Translations under genes and position numbers: made by a program | Origin: Schizochytrium sp. TIO01 | Lineage: Eukaryota; Protista; Bigyra: Labyrinthulomycetes | Length of the DNA: 64,000 nt | Assembly: GCA_004764695.1 (NCBI GenBank) | Contig: SMSO01000008.1 | Location: forward strand, 930,001 to 994,000 | Direction: 5' to 3' | Shown here: piece after piece, positions 12,043 to 24,014 of the stretch | How the letters are laid out: every line of letters begins with the position of its first letter | Numbering within the stretch: position 1 is the stretch's first letter | The notes under the pieces: generated by a model | Told to the model about the DNA's origin: nothing | The model's input: the letters and a program-made list of their open reading frames with translations, nothing else | The model's database searches: none

Positions 12043-15000
12043 GGTTGCGGCTACTTGGCGCCTCTCAGGGCGCGGGTCCTAGCTCTCTGCGCCTGCAAGC
12101 GGCTGCTACAGCGGCCGCCTCTGTGCTCGAGTCTTTGTTTGTCTGTTTGTCTGTTTGTTTGTTTGTTTTACTGATTTGTTGTCGTGTTGAAACTTGGATT
12201 GAATGAACGAATGAATTAACTAAGCAATCGATCGACTTCTGCAGCACCCTCGCAGAGACGATGCCCCTGGCAGACCTGCGAGCAAGGCTCGCGTGATCCC
12301 GGGGGATAACTCGCTGTAGGGTCAGAGTCTATGGCAAGGTCCCACGCAGATCCTCGAAGTTGGCCGCCTCTCCACGGCAGAGCGAGCGTAGCCAGTATGG
12401 AAAGACCCAAGCAAAGGCGGGACCCGCGCCCCACTGCCTCTTAATGTTCCCAGTGATGTTCCCTCTCACATCTCTTGAAATTGCGCTCTTCTTCTCACAC
12501 ACGTGCTTCTCCATTACTCCCCTTATACCCCGCTCTTTGGCGGTGTATCGCCTGAAATATGACAGCAAATAGGGTCATTTAGGGAGTATTTGCAAGGTGT
12601 GCGAAAAGACACGCGCTCGCACTACCTTAAAGTAAGAGTGGGGCCCGCAAGGAGGTAATTTAAGGTGGATGGAGGTGTGCATTGAGATGGACATTACCAT
12701 CACCATCATCATCCTCATCATCGCTGTTATCAGCGCTCTCGTCGATCGAATGTGATTGACAGACTGACCAGGTTGGCTTACTGCTACACATGCCAGCGTG
12801 AATCTATATGGCCTTTCCTTTTGAATAAACTCGTGAGTGCCGGTGCTCGAAAGCTTGTAGCGGGTTAAGTGTTCGCATGAGTCAATCGACTGATCTGTTT
12901 CCAATACTCAAGACAGAAGAATGAGTTTGCAAAATGTGATGAATGCAATGAATGCGATGCAATGCAATGCAATTGCCACAGGGCTTCAAGATTACCTGGG
13001 TACCTGGTCTTGCTTCAGCAGGCCTCCGGGCCTGAATCCTAGAAGTACAGCAAATTTTACACGGCTTGCGGTCTCGAAATGCCTAAAGTTGGGGTTGAGC
13101 AGCATTCATGATGAGCAGCAGCGACGAACGTCGTTCTCCGTACAGGTGCGAACGAATGATATACCTACACATGAATAAAATGTCTTTTCAAGATCGTGTC
13201 CTTTGTTTTGGGTTGTTTAATGCAAGCCTTGGTGCTCGCAAGTCCGGACCTACAGATGTGAGGCGATTGACTCGAAGTTCAACTTGTTTCAGGAAGGAGA
13301 GCAATGCAGCGCAAGTCGATCATGATGGTGGCGGCCATCGTTATCGCGCAGTGGTGTATAAGAGAGCGAGTGATAGCACTCGAGATCACACCGATAGTGC
13401 TGCTTGAATTCTGATGATCAAGCAATCTTGATTTTACACAGAAATTGATACCAATCCTACATCTATACCTACATAGTAAACCTATTCATTCTTCCATTTT
13501 CTTTTTAAAATGAAATTTTAATTAATATACATGTTTTCTCAATGACTAACACTATGCACCCCCTACTACCTACTAAATAAGCAGTTCTCTTATATTTTGA
13601 TTTTAAAAAGAAATCCTACTTTTTAAAAAAGGAAAGAAAAGGAAAAAAAGTATATTCAATTTGGCCTCTGTCTTCAACTTTTTTTAACATTAAATCCTCG
13701 ATTCCGATTGCAACAATGCCTGGTGAGCGCGATCTTGGATGTCTAAAAGACAGAATATGAACCGACGAGCAGCGTTTTACGGTGTACCTGAGTGAATGAG
13801 TGAGTGAGTGAATGAGTGAGTGAGCCGAGTTTGCCATACCAGCGAGTGGGCAGTGAGTGCTAAAAGTTGTGAACGCGACGAGATACATTGAAAGAGATGC
13901 TAATTCATTCATTTAGTTTCTTTACTTTTACCTTGTCTTTGCACGTGCCGCTCTTCTGTGGGCTGTGTTCTAGTCAAATCGGCAGACAGACGAAGTCGAA
14001 GCAGCGGTGAAAATACTGGGGAGCCAAAAGTCAGCTCGAGCCACACAGATTGATCTCGGGACCTTGGACTTGAAAGGGATCAAGTGGGTGCTGCAAGATC
14101 TACCTGCAGGAACTTTGGAGTCTCGGGTCCTTCTCACTGGGAAGGTACGTCAATATCAGCTCAGCCAGAACAGCTGACTGCAAATAAAAGAGCCAACTTG
14201 GTCGTGCGGCGTCATGAGCGAGTGATCTGTCTTGGTATACGGTGCACTTGCTGCCAGGAGTTGTCTCGACCTCCGACTCGAGAGAGCAGATCGCGAAGGG
14301 TGTGCATGGATTTGTTAGGTAGTGTAGCGTACCCTAGGTCCCTGGTACTAAATCGCTCTGGAAAGATTGGCAACATTAGCGAAGGAGTTTTTTCCTCAAA
14401 CGGTTTCGTAAGTGGTTCGTTCAATCAGGCTGGTCGGTAAGCAAAGTCGTCAATAGCCTATTTGCCTGAAGCAAATAGAGTAGCACTAATGAAATGGGTT
14501 GCAGTGAGTGACCTGGATTGCAGGTTTATTCTGACAAGGGAGTGTGTGATGAGTAATAAGAAGGGAGCGGCCCTACTACAGATTGTCAGGACTTGCAGAC
14601 ACCTGAGCCCTTTGTTTGGACTTTCTGTGTCGAGAATCAGTGAAAATGTTTGGATTCCTGCAGCATCATCATCGCCTATCGATAAGCAATTGAAGATACA
14701 CTAGCTCAGCTGGGCCACTAAAACGGCTTCAATTCAGAAAGCCACGGCGATGCTGATCCGAGCGATCTTCATTGTTGAAGGAATCACTATGCTTTGCAGT
14801 AACTTCAAAGTGGTTAAGTCGCGCGATAGAATGGAACCAGAAGCAATCATAGATAGCTCTCACTTTCTTGTGTGCGAATTAATCTGGGCTGGGAGACGAC
14901 AATCGAGCTTACCTTCACTGCGCACACCATCAAACTGCTAAACGAGTTGGAAATTCAAGGAGCATCATAAACTCCAAGTTCAGACGAAAAGAAGCCATAT

Positions 15001-15206
15001 ATATCCTAAAGATATAAGTCTACCAACTCGAGGTGCCCAATGCGGTTCGACTTAGCTCTGCACACTCATGCTAATGATTGCGGACAGTATAGAATGGAAT
15101 ACGATAACCTCCTACGTAGTAGTTTCTTTTTGCATTGGAACTTGGGCGAATCTTCCAGTACTGATCAAACGTCGGGTTGAAGAGTCACAGGTCGAGAACG
15201 ACTTGT

Positions 15207-15868
15207 TCAAGCTAGAAAATCAAATGTTTCTCCACGGTCTGCTTCAAGCTCTAGTTGTATTTCCACTAATAGTTGCCAGTCTGCATCAAATCCGTCTTTT
15301 CATATTGCCGAATCGCATTGTTAGTTTTCACCACGTTGATTTACAAGAATTAAAGTACTTTGTAGTTGACCTACCATTTACACATGATTTGAAAGTCTCC
15401 AGTGCACGAAGAAGATCGCCATTCATGTAATATGCATATCCCAGCAAATGAATACCAGCCAAACCTTTGCCAGGAACTTCTCGCTGTATAAAGAAAGATC
15501 GACGGTATCGAAATCGGGTCAGTTTTATTCTCCGTACTAGCAATTTTGATTGCATCAACCTACGTAAACTTCAAGTGCTCGCACTGCTCGAGCATAATCT
15601 CCTGTGTTATACAAATCTTTGGCAATCTACAACAGTATTTGAAGAGCCTCATCATCACAGTCAGCAGGTCAGTTTCATAAAGGTCAAAGTTGAACTGAAG
15701 CACCAACCTTTCACGCCAAACAAAGGCAATGAAGCTAAACAGTCATAGGTATTGCTTTCAACGCACCGAAAAGATGTCCGCGGAAGTTGGTTTGCGGTCA
15801 AGCTTAGCAGCAAACCACGAGAGTACCTCCTCTTTCGTCATGCCCGCATGAAGGCTCTCCACCCCCAT
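15207..15868 (-). CDS. Small TPR protein, about 120 aa, 4 exons: 15868-15767, 15626-15564, 15483-15375, 15295-15207
   Basis: Three GT-AG introns with consistent phases (0, 0, 1) and branch-point-like CTGAC/CTAAC. Spliced product MGVESLHAGMTKEEVLSWFAAKLDRKPTSADIFSIAKDLYNTGDYARAVRALEVYREVPGKGLAGIHLLGYAYYMNGDLLRALETFKSCVNDGFDADWQLLVEIQLELEADRGETFDFLA* has two TPR-like helical pairs. The start could be the second Met or an unseen upstream exon. Confidence 0.8.
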
Positions 15869-16172
15869 AGGTGCTAGTGTGAGGTACTTGATTCCCAAAG
15901 GGGAGGTTTTAACACAATACGTGGACCTCCTTCACGCGGTGTATGTGCCAAATGGGCCCCAGATATCGCCTCCGAGTCACAGTTCTGCTCGTGGTCTAAG
16001 CCTTTCTGGGCTTGCAAAGGCATGCAAAGCCGTTGAGAACTCCTGCAGTATCCTATAGACAGGCACCTAGAACTACTACTACACTTGGCTAGGTTCGAAT
16101 CAACCATATTTCTCTTATCTTGAAGCGAAGCAGACTCCCAACTCCAACCTGTGGAGCTTCGTGGCAGAAGCT

Positions 16173-16634
16173 ATGATGGATGGTGATGAGATTAAGGCTG
16201 ACGATGGCCTTTTGGCCTTCGATGATGGCGTAGAGAACGCTCAAGTCGTCGAGGTTGCGCAAGATATGCGCAGTGGAAGCGATGCAGAACAGTGGATCAA
16301 GCGCAAGCTGGGACTCTTACCTAAAACCTCCCTTGGCTGGTTTCGCGCAGGCGTAGGCTTTTACAACAAGAAACAGTATGCTCTCTCTATTCAGTGCTTC
16401 CAACGCAGTGTGAACCTTGATCCCAAGAACTACAATGCCTTTCAGATCATGGCAAGAGCATGCATTGCCGTCAACCGACGCGAGGACGCTATTCTGGCGC
16501 TCAAAGAGTCTGTCAAGCTTGATAATCCCTCAGACTGGCAGCTTCTTGTAGAATTAACGGGCCAGGTTGACGCAGAAAATGCCGAAGCCAAGGCCCAGGC
16601 ATCTGCAGCTGCTGCTACTGCGAAAGCTTCCTGA
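16173..16634 (+). CDS. Small TPR protein, intronless, about 153 aa
   Basis: WFRAGVGFYNKKQYALSIQCFQRSVNLDPKNYNAFQIMARACIAVNRREDAILALKESVKLD is two canonical TPR repeats. First ATG at 16173. Confidence 0.85.
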   Translation: MMDGDEIKADDGLLAFDDGVENAQVVEVAQDMRSGSDAEQWIKRKLGLLPKTSLGWFRAGVGFYNKKQYALSIQCFQRSVNLDPKNYNAFQIMARACIAVNRREDAILALKESVKLDNPSDWQLLVELTGQVDAENAEAKAQASAAAATAKAS

Positions 16635-17605
16635 CCTGGCTTCAGCAATTTTTACCATAAGCCACAGAACATGTCGAAACACAGACGTAGAAATGGTACT
16701 CGTGGGCAAATAACAACATGTCCCGTATTCTGTGTATCTTTCTTTACCATTTTTCGTAGCTCTTGATGATTCGCGAAATTTATTACTCATTTTGTTTGCA
16801 ATTTTTTTTTTCTCTCTTTAAAGTTTTGCTGCTAGCAGATACTAGGTACTATGTTCAAAGGAAATAAATTAGAAACAAACGGCGTGGGTTTGTGGCAAAG
16901 AGTAGTGTGTAGCGCGATATTTTACATAGTTGTCTTTCCAACTCATTAATTGAAACAAGCTTTCTATGAAGACGTAATATGGCTCAACACTTGTCTCATT
17001 CATACTAATTCAAGTATAGGATTTCAGATGCCAATGAAATTCACAAGGACAGCAACATAAAAGCAGGTATAGTAAGCAGTAAATTGTTAAATGTGTTTGT
17101 ATGTATGAGTACGAAGATGTGGTTGTTTGCTAAATTGAATAATACGTGGATCTTGCGCACATAAAACCAGCACGAGATCAGTTTGTGTAGTACACGAAGA
17201 AGTCGTATATAGAAAGGTGGCGCAAAGAAACGACAAGCAGAGCTGGTAAAACGAGGTGGTTGGATTCACCATAAGCACTGCCTGTCGCAGTCGGCAACAA
17301 CATCAAAAGGGTAGAAGCATGCGCCAATTATGCCACAATGGAGATATATCTGGGTTCGAGTCCTACATGAAAGGATTCTGTCCAAATCAAGAGACAGCTC
17401 CAGGGCACGAATAATGAGTAGGAGGGCTTGAAAACCAATCACAAGAGAATACAGCTTGCAGCATCACAATGATCCCAGCCCCAGTTTCTACCTTGTCACG
17501 GATTTTGTATGGCAGCTTTGGGCAAAGCAAAGAAGCAGACCGACGTAAAGAAAAGGGAACTCGGCAGCGTGCAATATACCGTTTGTGTAGCAAGGTCGTG
17601 TAGCT

Positions 17606-18913
17606 TTAAACGAAGAGGAAGAGTGTTGAATCAGTTGCAGGAGTGTGCGGCTGCCATGGAATCGTTGCCTCCCCGGCGGCGTTTGCAACAGCACGAGCAT
17701 TCTCTGCGTGTTCCTCAAGAAGAATAGCTTTTGCCAAATCGGGTGAAGCACACGCACGCAAATAGGAGCCGAAGGCAGCTTGCAGCGCTCCAATACAGTG
17801 CTGAGCTTCGCGACGCTCAAGAATAGATTTTGACTTCCGCAATGCGCGATTGTAGCGCTTCAAAAGCTTGCTCATAATTGGCAACAACACAGCTTGCACA
17901 GTAAGTGGTCCCATTGCGGCGATACCTACAATCGCACCGTACTGCGTAGTAAGGGGCCGGCGGAATTTGTCGTCAAGTGCATCTTTGAGTGTTTTCTGGA
18001 TGCGAGGTTTAATATTCTGGTAAGTGTCTCCATACTGAGCGTAGACGAGAGGGATGAGAGTAGCAGCGGCATCACGCAAAGACCAATGATCCTGAAATGG
18101 CGAAGTGCAGAGACGACGATGCACGATACAGGTCATTATCACTGGCATCATTTCGTGCAAGTAAAGCTCCTTGTCGAGATTCGGGTTTACTAAAATGCAG
18201 CGTGTAAGACGCATGACCGACTTGAGGAGAGCCAGGTTGCTTAGACTCTTATTAACCTGATCAAAGATAAACTTGGCCAGGTAAGGCATCAGTTGCTGAA
18301 GACCTGGATCAACAGCTAAACTCGCGTAAACGGATTCTGCGGCAGCACTATTTCCAAGCGCGGCCTCCACCACGGCCAGAACAACCTTCTCGTAATAGAT
18401 TTGCAGCTCCTTTGTGAGCACATGCTTTGCAATGCCATGCTGAGGATCGCTCTTGACCTTTTCTTTAGCCGTGCCTTGGCCTTCAAGAAGGTGCGGGTTT
18501 TCTGCAATGGTGGGTTGAACTCCGTTTATAGCGAGCCAATGGATTCCAAAAGAAGGCCGCAGAGGTACCTTCTTCGGTAAGAAAAGTTGTTCACTATCTT
18601 CAAGAATTCGAGCTAGGTCAACATCCTCCTGTTCAAGAAAGTAGAGGTTCTGGTACTGTAGAAACTTAAACTTATCCGGCTTTGAGAAGCCAAATCCGTG
18701 TACCACAGGAATCTTACGCACACGAAGCGCGTTCTCCACATCCTTTGTTGTCAGCCTTTGTCTGCGCGCCCTGCGCATGAACTTGCCTGCATCCTGCACC
18801 AAATGCCGGAGTTGGTACTCGACCTCTGCAGCTACCTGCGAAAGAACACTCTCGGCATTAACGCCAAGCTCTTCTGCTACCACAGAAACTGAGTCCTCGC
18901 TCACGACCTCCAT
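17606..18913 (-). CDS. TAF6: TFIID subunit TAF6 (histone fold + HEAT-repeat domain)
   Basis: N-terminal histone fold (VAEELG...EVEYQLRHLVQDAGKFMRRARRQRLTTKDVENAL), HWLAINGVQPTIAENP, KHVLTKELQIYY, DPGLQQLMPY, DHWSLRD, TTQYGAIVG. ATG at 18913. Confidence 0.93.
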   Translation of the reverse strand: MEVVSEDSVSVVAEELGVNAESVLSQVAAEVEYQLRHLVQDAGKFMRRARRQRLTTKDVENALRVRKIPVVHGFGFSKPDKFKFLQYQNLYFLEQEDVDLARILEDSEQLFLPKKVPLRPSFGIHWLAINGVQPTIAENPHLLEGQGTAKEKVKSDPQHGIAKHVLTKELQIYYEKVVLAVVEAALGNSAAAESVYASLAVDPGLQQLMPYLAKFIFDQVNKSLSNLALLKSVMRLTRCILVNPNLDKELYLHEMMPVIMTCIVHRRLCTSPFQDHWSLRDAAATLIPLVYAQYGDTYQNIKPRIQKTLKDALDDKFRRPLTTQYGAIVGIAAMGPLTVQAVLLPIMSKLLKRYNRALRKSKSILERREAQHCIGALQAAFGSYLRACASPDLAKAILLEEHAENARAVANAAGEATIPWQPHTPATDSTLFLFV

Positions 18914-20945
18914 TCTTACTAAGCCACAATTATCCCCAAAGCTCGTCGAAGCTGCCCCAAAAGTCGCAAAATCCACGCCTCTGAACAAAGATTGAAACTA
19001 TCCCGCGCTGCCCGAGAAATGTGCAGCAGCAACCACTGACTACACCGCAAAAGAGAGTTCTATAGAAATGATACGAGGAGTGGCAGGGGTGGGAAAACAG
19101 CGAAGGCTGTCGCGTTGAACGTCTTGACGGCCAGCTTCTCTGCGGGAGCTCGAATCAGCGCCAACGACGAAGCCACCAAGCGCGCCTGCCTGCTTGCCTG
19201 GCAAGCCACCTAACTAGCCAGCTAAGCCTGCGAGAGAGTGAGGAACGAGCTAAGCTTTAAGCGAGGAGTCGGGCGCCGCGGAGCGAGCAGCCTCGGGCTG
19301 TGCCGTCTGCTGTTTGATGGTTTGTTATTTGATTGATTGTTTTTTGTTTTTGTTTTTATCTCTGCTTTTTTCTTACTCCTTACTATATCAAACTTCAATT
19401 TTGTATTTGTAGTGAAATGGAAAGCACTAAACCGTTTCATCATAAACTCTATTTGGAACGAATAGAACAAGCTCCAACCCTTTACACTACGAGGACTTCT
19501 CTCAACATATGTGCTGCAAGGATCATGCTGAAAGAGTTATCATAAAAGTAAGCTCCCGAAGGAAGCCATTACTGATTTAAGCTGCGCAGGCAAACCAACC
19601 CTTGGAAGAGTTAACTATAGATATAAATGTGTAAAATCAGGCCACGGTCTTTGGTTGTACAGCGTTCTTTAAATTCAATTGCTGTGGAAAATATAATTTC
19701 GGGAGGAGGGTTTACAGACGCACCCTGTAGCTTTTACAATTTCTGCTTTGAATATTGATCAACCGCGTTATAACGACCATCGACCCACCTCGACGATCGA
19801 GATCGTACTTTCTAAATTGCAAATTTTAATGCGCAAAGGGACAAGGCTAGATGCTTTTAAAGCTAGCGTATTCGCTACTGTTAAAGCCATTGATGAGAAA
19901 CATGAACACCTGAAGTAAGTCGTCCCGCACTAACCTTTATTGCGACCATGTTTGCCATAATTTGCCTATACCAAGTACTCTGGTACGTTTTCCCCTCCGA
20001 TTGTCTGAATGAAACCTGTGCTCTATCTATCAGTGCAGAAAAGATCACACGCACAAAATTCTGTTGAATAACTGGCCGATTCCGAGAATCTGAAATGTCG
20101 ATTGATTATCTATACAACACGCATTTCACAACACAGTATGACCTCTTGTTTCTGACGACGGCAACACATTCCTCCTCACAGACTCTTTCCATACCAGTGA
20201 TAGTGTTACATAACTATAATGACTGACCTTTCTAAAGGTCGCTGCTTCTATTGCTTTGTTCTACCTCGACACTCATACTCTATTTTTACAAATATTAATT
20301 GTGTATTTACATTGGCGTATAACCTATTTTGGTTTATTATTCTCTATTGTATAAGAGCTATGTAAGTGGGTTATTCACTGTTCTGCATTTCTCTTTCTTT
20401 CTTCTCCTTTTCTTCTTTTTCTTCTTCTTCTTCGTGGTGGCCACGAGATGAATTGGAGAGCAGCAGCAGAACAGAGTTGAGGACTTCCCTTATCACGGTA
20501 CGTTCCAGAGCGACGCTCGACCCCCCTTGCGGAACACCCTCCACCGTCTACTCATTGCGTCTTTGGTCCCGACAGCCTGCGGAGGTTGCCGTTTGGGCGA
20601 TGGAAATGGCGTGGCTGGCGGCTGCCGCGAAAATTGAGGCGAAAAAGAGGCCAAGTGACAAACACAGCTGCCTATCCGAGCGCTGTGAAAGCCACGCGGC
20701 AATTGGTCGGAAGCGGTCTGACGAGTGGATTGCACGCAAAACTATCGATACTGACTGCTATATATTTTTTTCTGTGGTGTGACGATGTACTCGTGTGGCG
20801 ATATTTTCTTCGATGATTAATTACTGTGCACTTGGTATACATACCTGTGATGCTGTACAATCAACTTGGTGCGATGGTGCTATAAACTCGTGATGTTTGG
20901 CTTATTGTGGGATTTGCCTTTTACAGACTAACACAGCTAAGGAAA

Positions 20946-21392
20946 ATGTCAGCATTTGGATTTGGAGGCCGTGGCCAGGGTGAGCACCCGCAGCTCAAGG
21001 CGGCCAAGATCCAGGCTGAGGGCGCCACTGACTTGTATAACCGCATGGCCGATGTGTGCTTTGAGAAGTGCATTGGCAAGTACAACGAGCCTGACCTCAA
21101 CGTTGGCGAAATGTCCTGCACTGACCGTTGCGTGTCAAAGTTTATGGAATCCTACAAGAAGGTTGGTGAGAAGCTCCAGGGTAAGTTCCAGACGATTTTC
21201 TGTAGTTTTGAAGACAATAGAATTATGGAGCATCGTGAAGATGGCAAGAATATCAGGAGGTCATCAGGGTGACTAACATGGAGCATGAATTTGGATAATC
21301 TTGCAATGTACTGAACAGAGTTCCAGCAAATGGAGCAGGCCAAGATGCAGGCTCAGCAGGGCGCCATGGGCGGCCAGGCTGGTATGCGCTAA
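20946..21392 (+). CDS. TIM10: Mitochondrial intermembrane-space small Tim chaperone Tim10. Exons 20946-21180 and 21319-21392
   Basis: Twin CX3C motif (CFEKC...CTDRC), DLYNRM and DLNVGEMSC. Intron 21181-21318 (GTAAGT...CTAAC...CAG). Confidence 0.88.
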
Positions 21393-21955
21393 ATAGCGTG
21401 CTTGTGACCCGAAAAGGGTTTGACAACAACGACACAATCTGTATTGTTCGCTATGGTCTTTTTATACCCCACCATCGCCTCTGTAGGGATGGACTCAACT
21501 TGGATATCAGACAAACCCCGCAGCGATCTCGTCCACTATCGCCTTCGTCACCTTCACATGAGATAAACACAAAAGAAAACATACATACATTTATACGTGT
21601 AAAATCCCCTCTCCTTACCTTTTCGTTAAGCCCTCCCACTTGCATGAAGCGCCGGCTCCTTGTATTCATCAGACAAAAGGAGCAGCATGTTGTTTTAAGT
21701 TCTCGCAAAATATCCTACCTTCACGTTGTAGCTTCTTTTTTTTTTTTTAAATTTAACGCGTAGAGTTAAAAACAGGTTTGGTCATCTCTTTACAGAGACA
21801 CTATCCTCAAACACGACAAACGCGTTCAATTTTTAGCTCAGCTGATGCACGCCCCCGTACACTACTATTTTGAACCCTGATCCTCCCTAGTATTCGGAAT
21901 GGTGATACCACTGGTGACTTCTCTTTTCTATCACTTCAAAACAACATCATCCACG

Positions 21956-22972
21956 ATGGACTCTGATCAGCAGGACAACGAGAGTACTCCAGCAGTACCC
22001 CAAGGCGACGCAAACTCTGTTGCACTCGTACCTTTCTCGTAAGTTGATCTGGTGAGCTCACAACCAGAAGATCGTTGAAGAGGCATGAAGAAAAAAAAAA
22101 AAAAAAAAAAAAAAAAAGATCGATGAGCACAGAGTTGAGCAAGGTCAACTCACAGTCCTTGGTCTCGCTTTAACTATTACCACAGCTATGGAAGTCCATT
22201 TCACAATCCTAAGGAGCTTGCAGAAAGGTTTTTTGACTTTGGGGATTTCAACGTGCGCGTCAAACAGGCCTGGGTTCCTGACGGTAAAGGCGGCACAGAT
22301 ATAGGTTTTGGAGCCGCCGTATACGAGGCGTCGTTCCTACTTTCAGATTGGCTATCCCGCGACTCAAACCTGGTTAAGGATAAACGTGTACTCGAACTTG
22401 GATCAGGTACGTTTCAAAGAAGAGTACGGGAAGGTAGATTTGGCATAAGAGAACAGTAAATTAACAGGGCGAACTTTGAGATTAGTATTACAGGCGTTGG
22501 TTTGGTCTCTATTGTGGCTGCCAAGCTTGGCGCCGAGAACCTTGTAGCCACGGACGGTGACGCTAAATCACTTAATCTCACTCAGGAAAATTGTGCTTTA
22601 AATTGTGTAAATGACAAGGTAGATTGCAAGCAGCTTATGTGGGGTGATCCTACAAACCCGGAAGCCTTTGGAGATTTCGACGTCATTCTTGCCAGTGACA
22701 TTATTGCACGACCATATCGTGAACACTTTCCTGCTCTTCGAGAGACGCTTCTTGTCCATACGCGCCCTGGTGGCTTGGTCATTATCGCACAAAAGCCTCG
22801 TAGTCCACATGAGCAAGTTTTTATGCGAAAGTTAGTTACATCCGGCGAGTTTGCACTTGAGCGTTGTGTGAAACCTGAGCTTTTGCATGCAGACTTTGTG
22901 CACGAAGATGTCTCCATTTGGGTTTGGAGGCGACTTGATCCGTCTAAAAGTTGTGCTGATGCCGAGACTTAA
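21956..22972 (+). CDS. Seven-beta-strand SAM-dependent protein methyltransferase, family 16 (METTL21/EFM-like). Exons 21956-22038, 22156-22406, 22494-22972
   Basis: In-frame GT-AG introns 22039-22155 and 22407-22493. Motif I VLELGSGVGL, post-I ATDG, LMWGD, motif II FDVILASD. Confidence 0.85.
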
Positions 22973-24014
22973 ATAGCAAAACGCGATAAATCCAAACTGG
23001 TTGGTGTCTATAAAGACTCAATTAGTCTAAATCTAAATACTTGCCATTTATTTTCATCTTTACAATTGGACCTTTTACCCGGAGAATGCTACTTCGAATC
23101 CCCAAACTCACACATATATAAGATATGATGAAGCTTGATGGAGACGTGCTTGATAAAAGTACGTTTTGCTAGATGAAATCACTGAAGCGTTGCCTCATTT
23201 CGATCAGTCTTGAATAATCATGATTCTATTAACTCTCAACCCCGAGCCAGTTGATTAACGACAGTGGTTTATAGCTTTAAACATCAAATCGACCAGTTTT
23301 GTACAAAGCTCTCGGGTGTTGCCTTTCACAATTTAGAATACATGGTCACGGAGACTTTGCAGATTTGGCGAGTCTAGTCTGGAGCTTTCTATTACTTGTA
23401 GCAAGTACTTTCAAGATTCTTCAGAAACCTACAGATAAGCGTGGCTGGTAAATCGGTGGACTTTTTGTGTCAATCACTATTTGCAAGAATCGCTACGGGT
23501 CCAAGAATTAAAAAATGTGAAAGCTAATTTTCCAGGAGTACAAGATTTTGTAAGGGTTGCTGCACGTATTCAAACACTCAAACCTAAAGTAGTGTACTTT
23601 TCTATCAGTAGCCCAAGTTATGCAGAATCGCGTAGGACTAGAATCGCATGATACTCATCTTGACGAAAGATAGGGCCGAGCAGGTCTAGGTACTAAGTGT
23701 ACTAGTTAGTCGATGAGTGAGTATTTTGGCTTAGTTTTTACTAAAGCTAAGGCAGAAAAGAATATAAGGTCAGTAATAGTGGTAGATACTGCTATGCCTA
23801 TTAAGATTGCGAGTTCCTAGCAGTCCCTGTCCCAAATTCTAGGACAGCGGAATTCCGCGTCACGATTAAAGATCCAGCAAACGCGCATCATCGAGAGCAT
23901 AACTTCGCCTTTTGTTGGCTGGGATCTTGGGAATATCCTTTGCGAGCTGCAGTTCTCGATTACTGTCCCAACGGAAAGTTAAAAGAAGTTGTGAAGCCTT
24001 GGAAGGGTTTGAAG

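Noticed and set aside
13960-14950. Cluster of short ORFs with coding-like composition
   Set aside because: No recognisable motif or consistent splice model.
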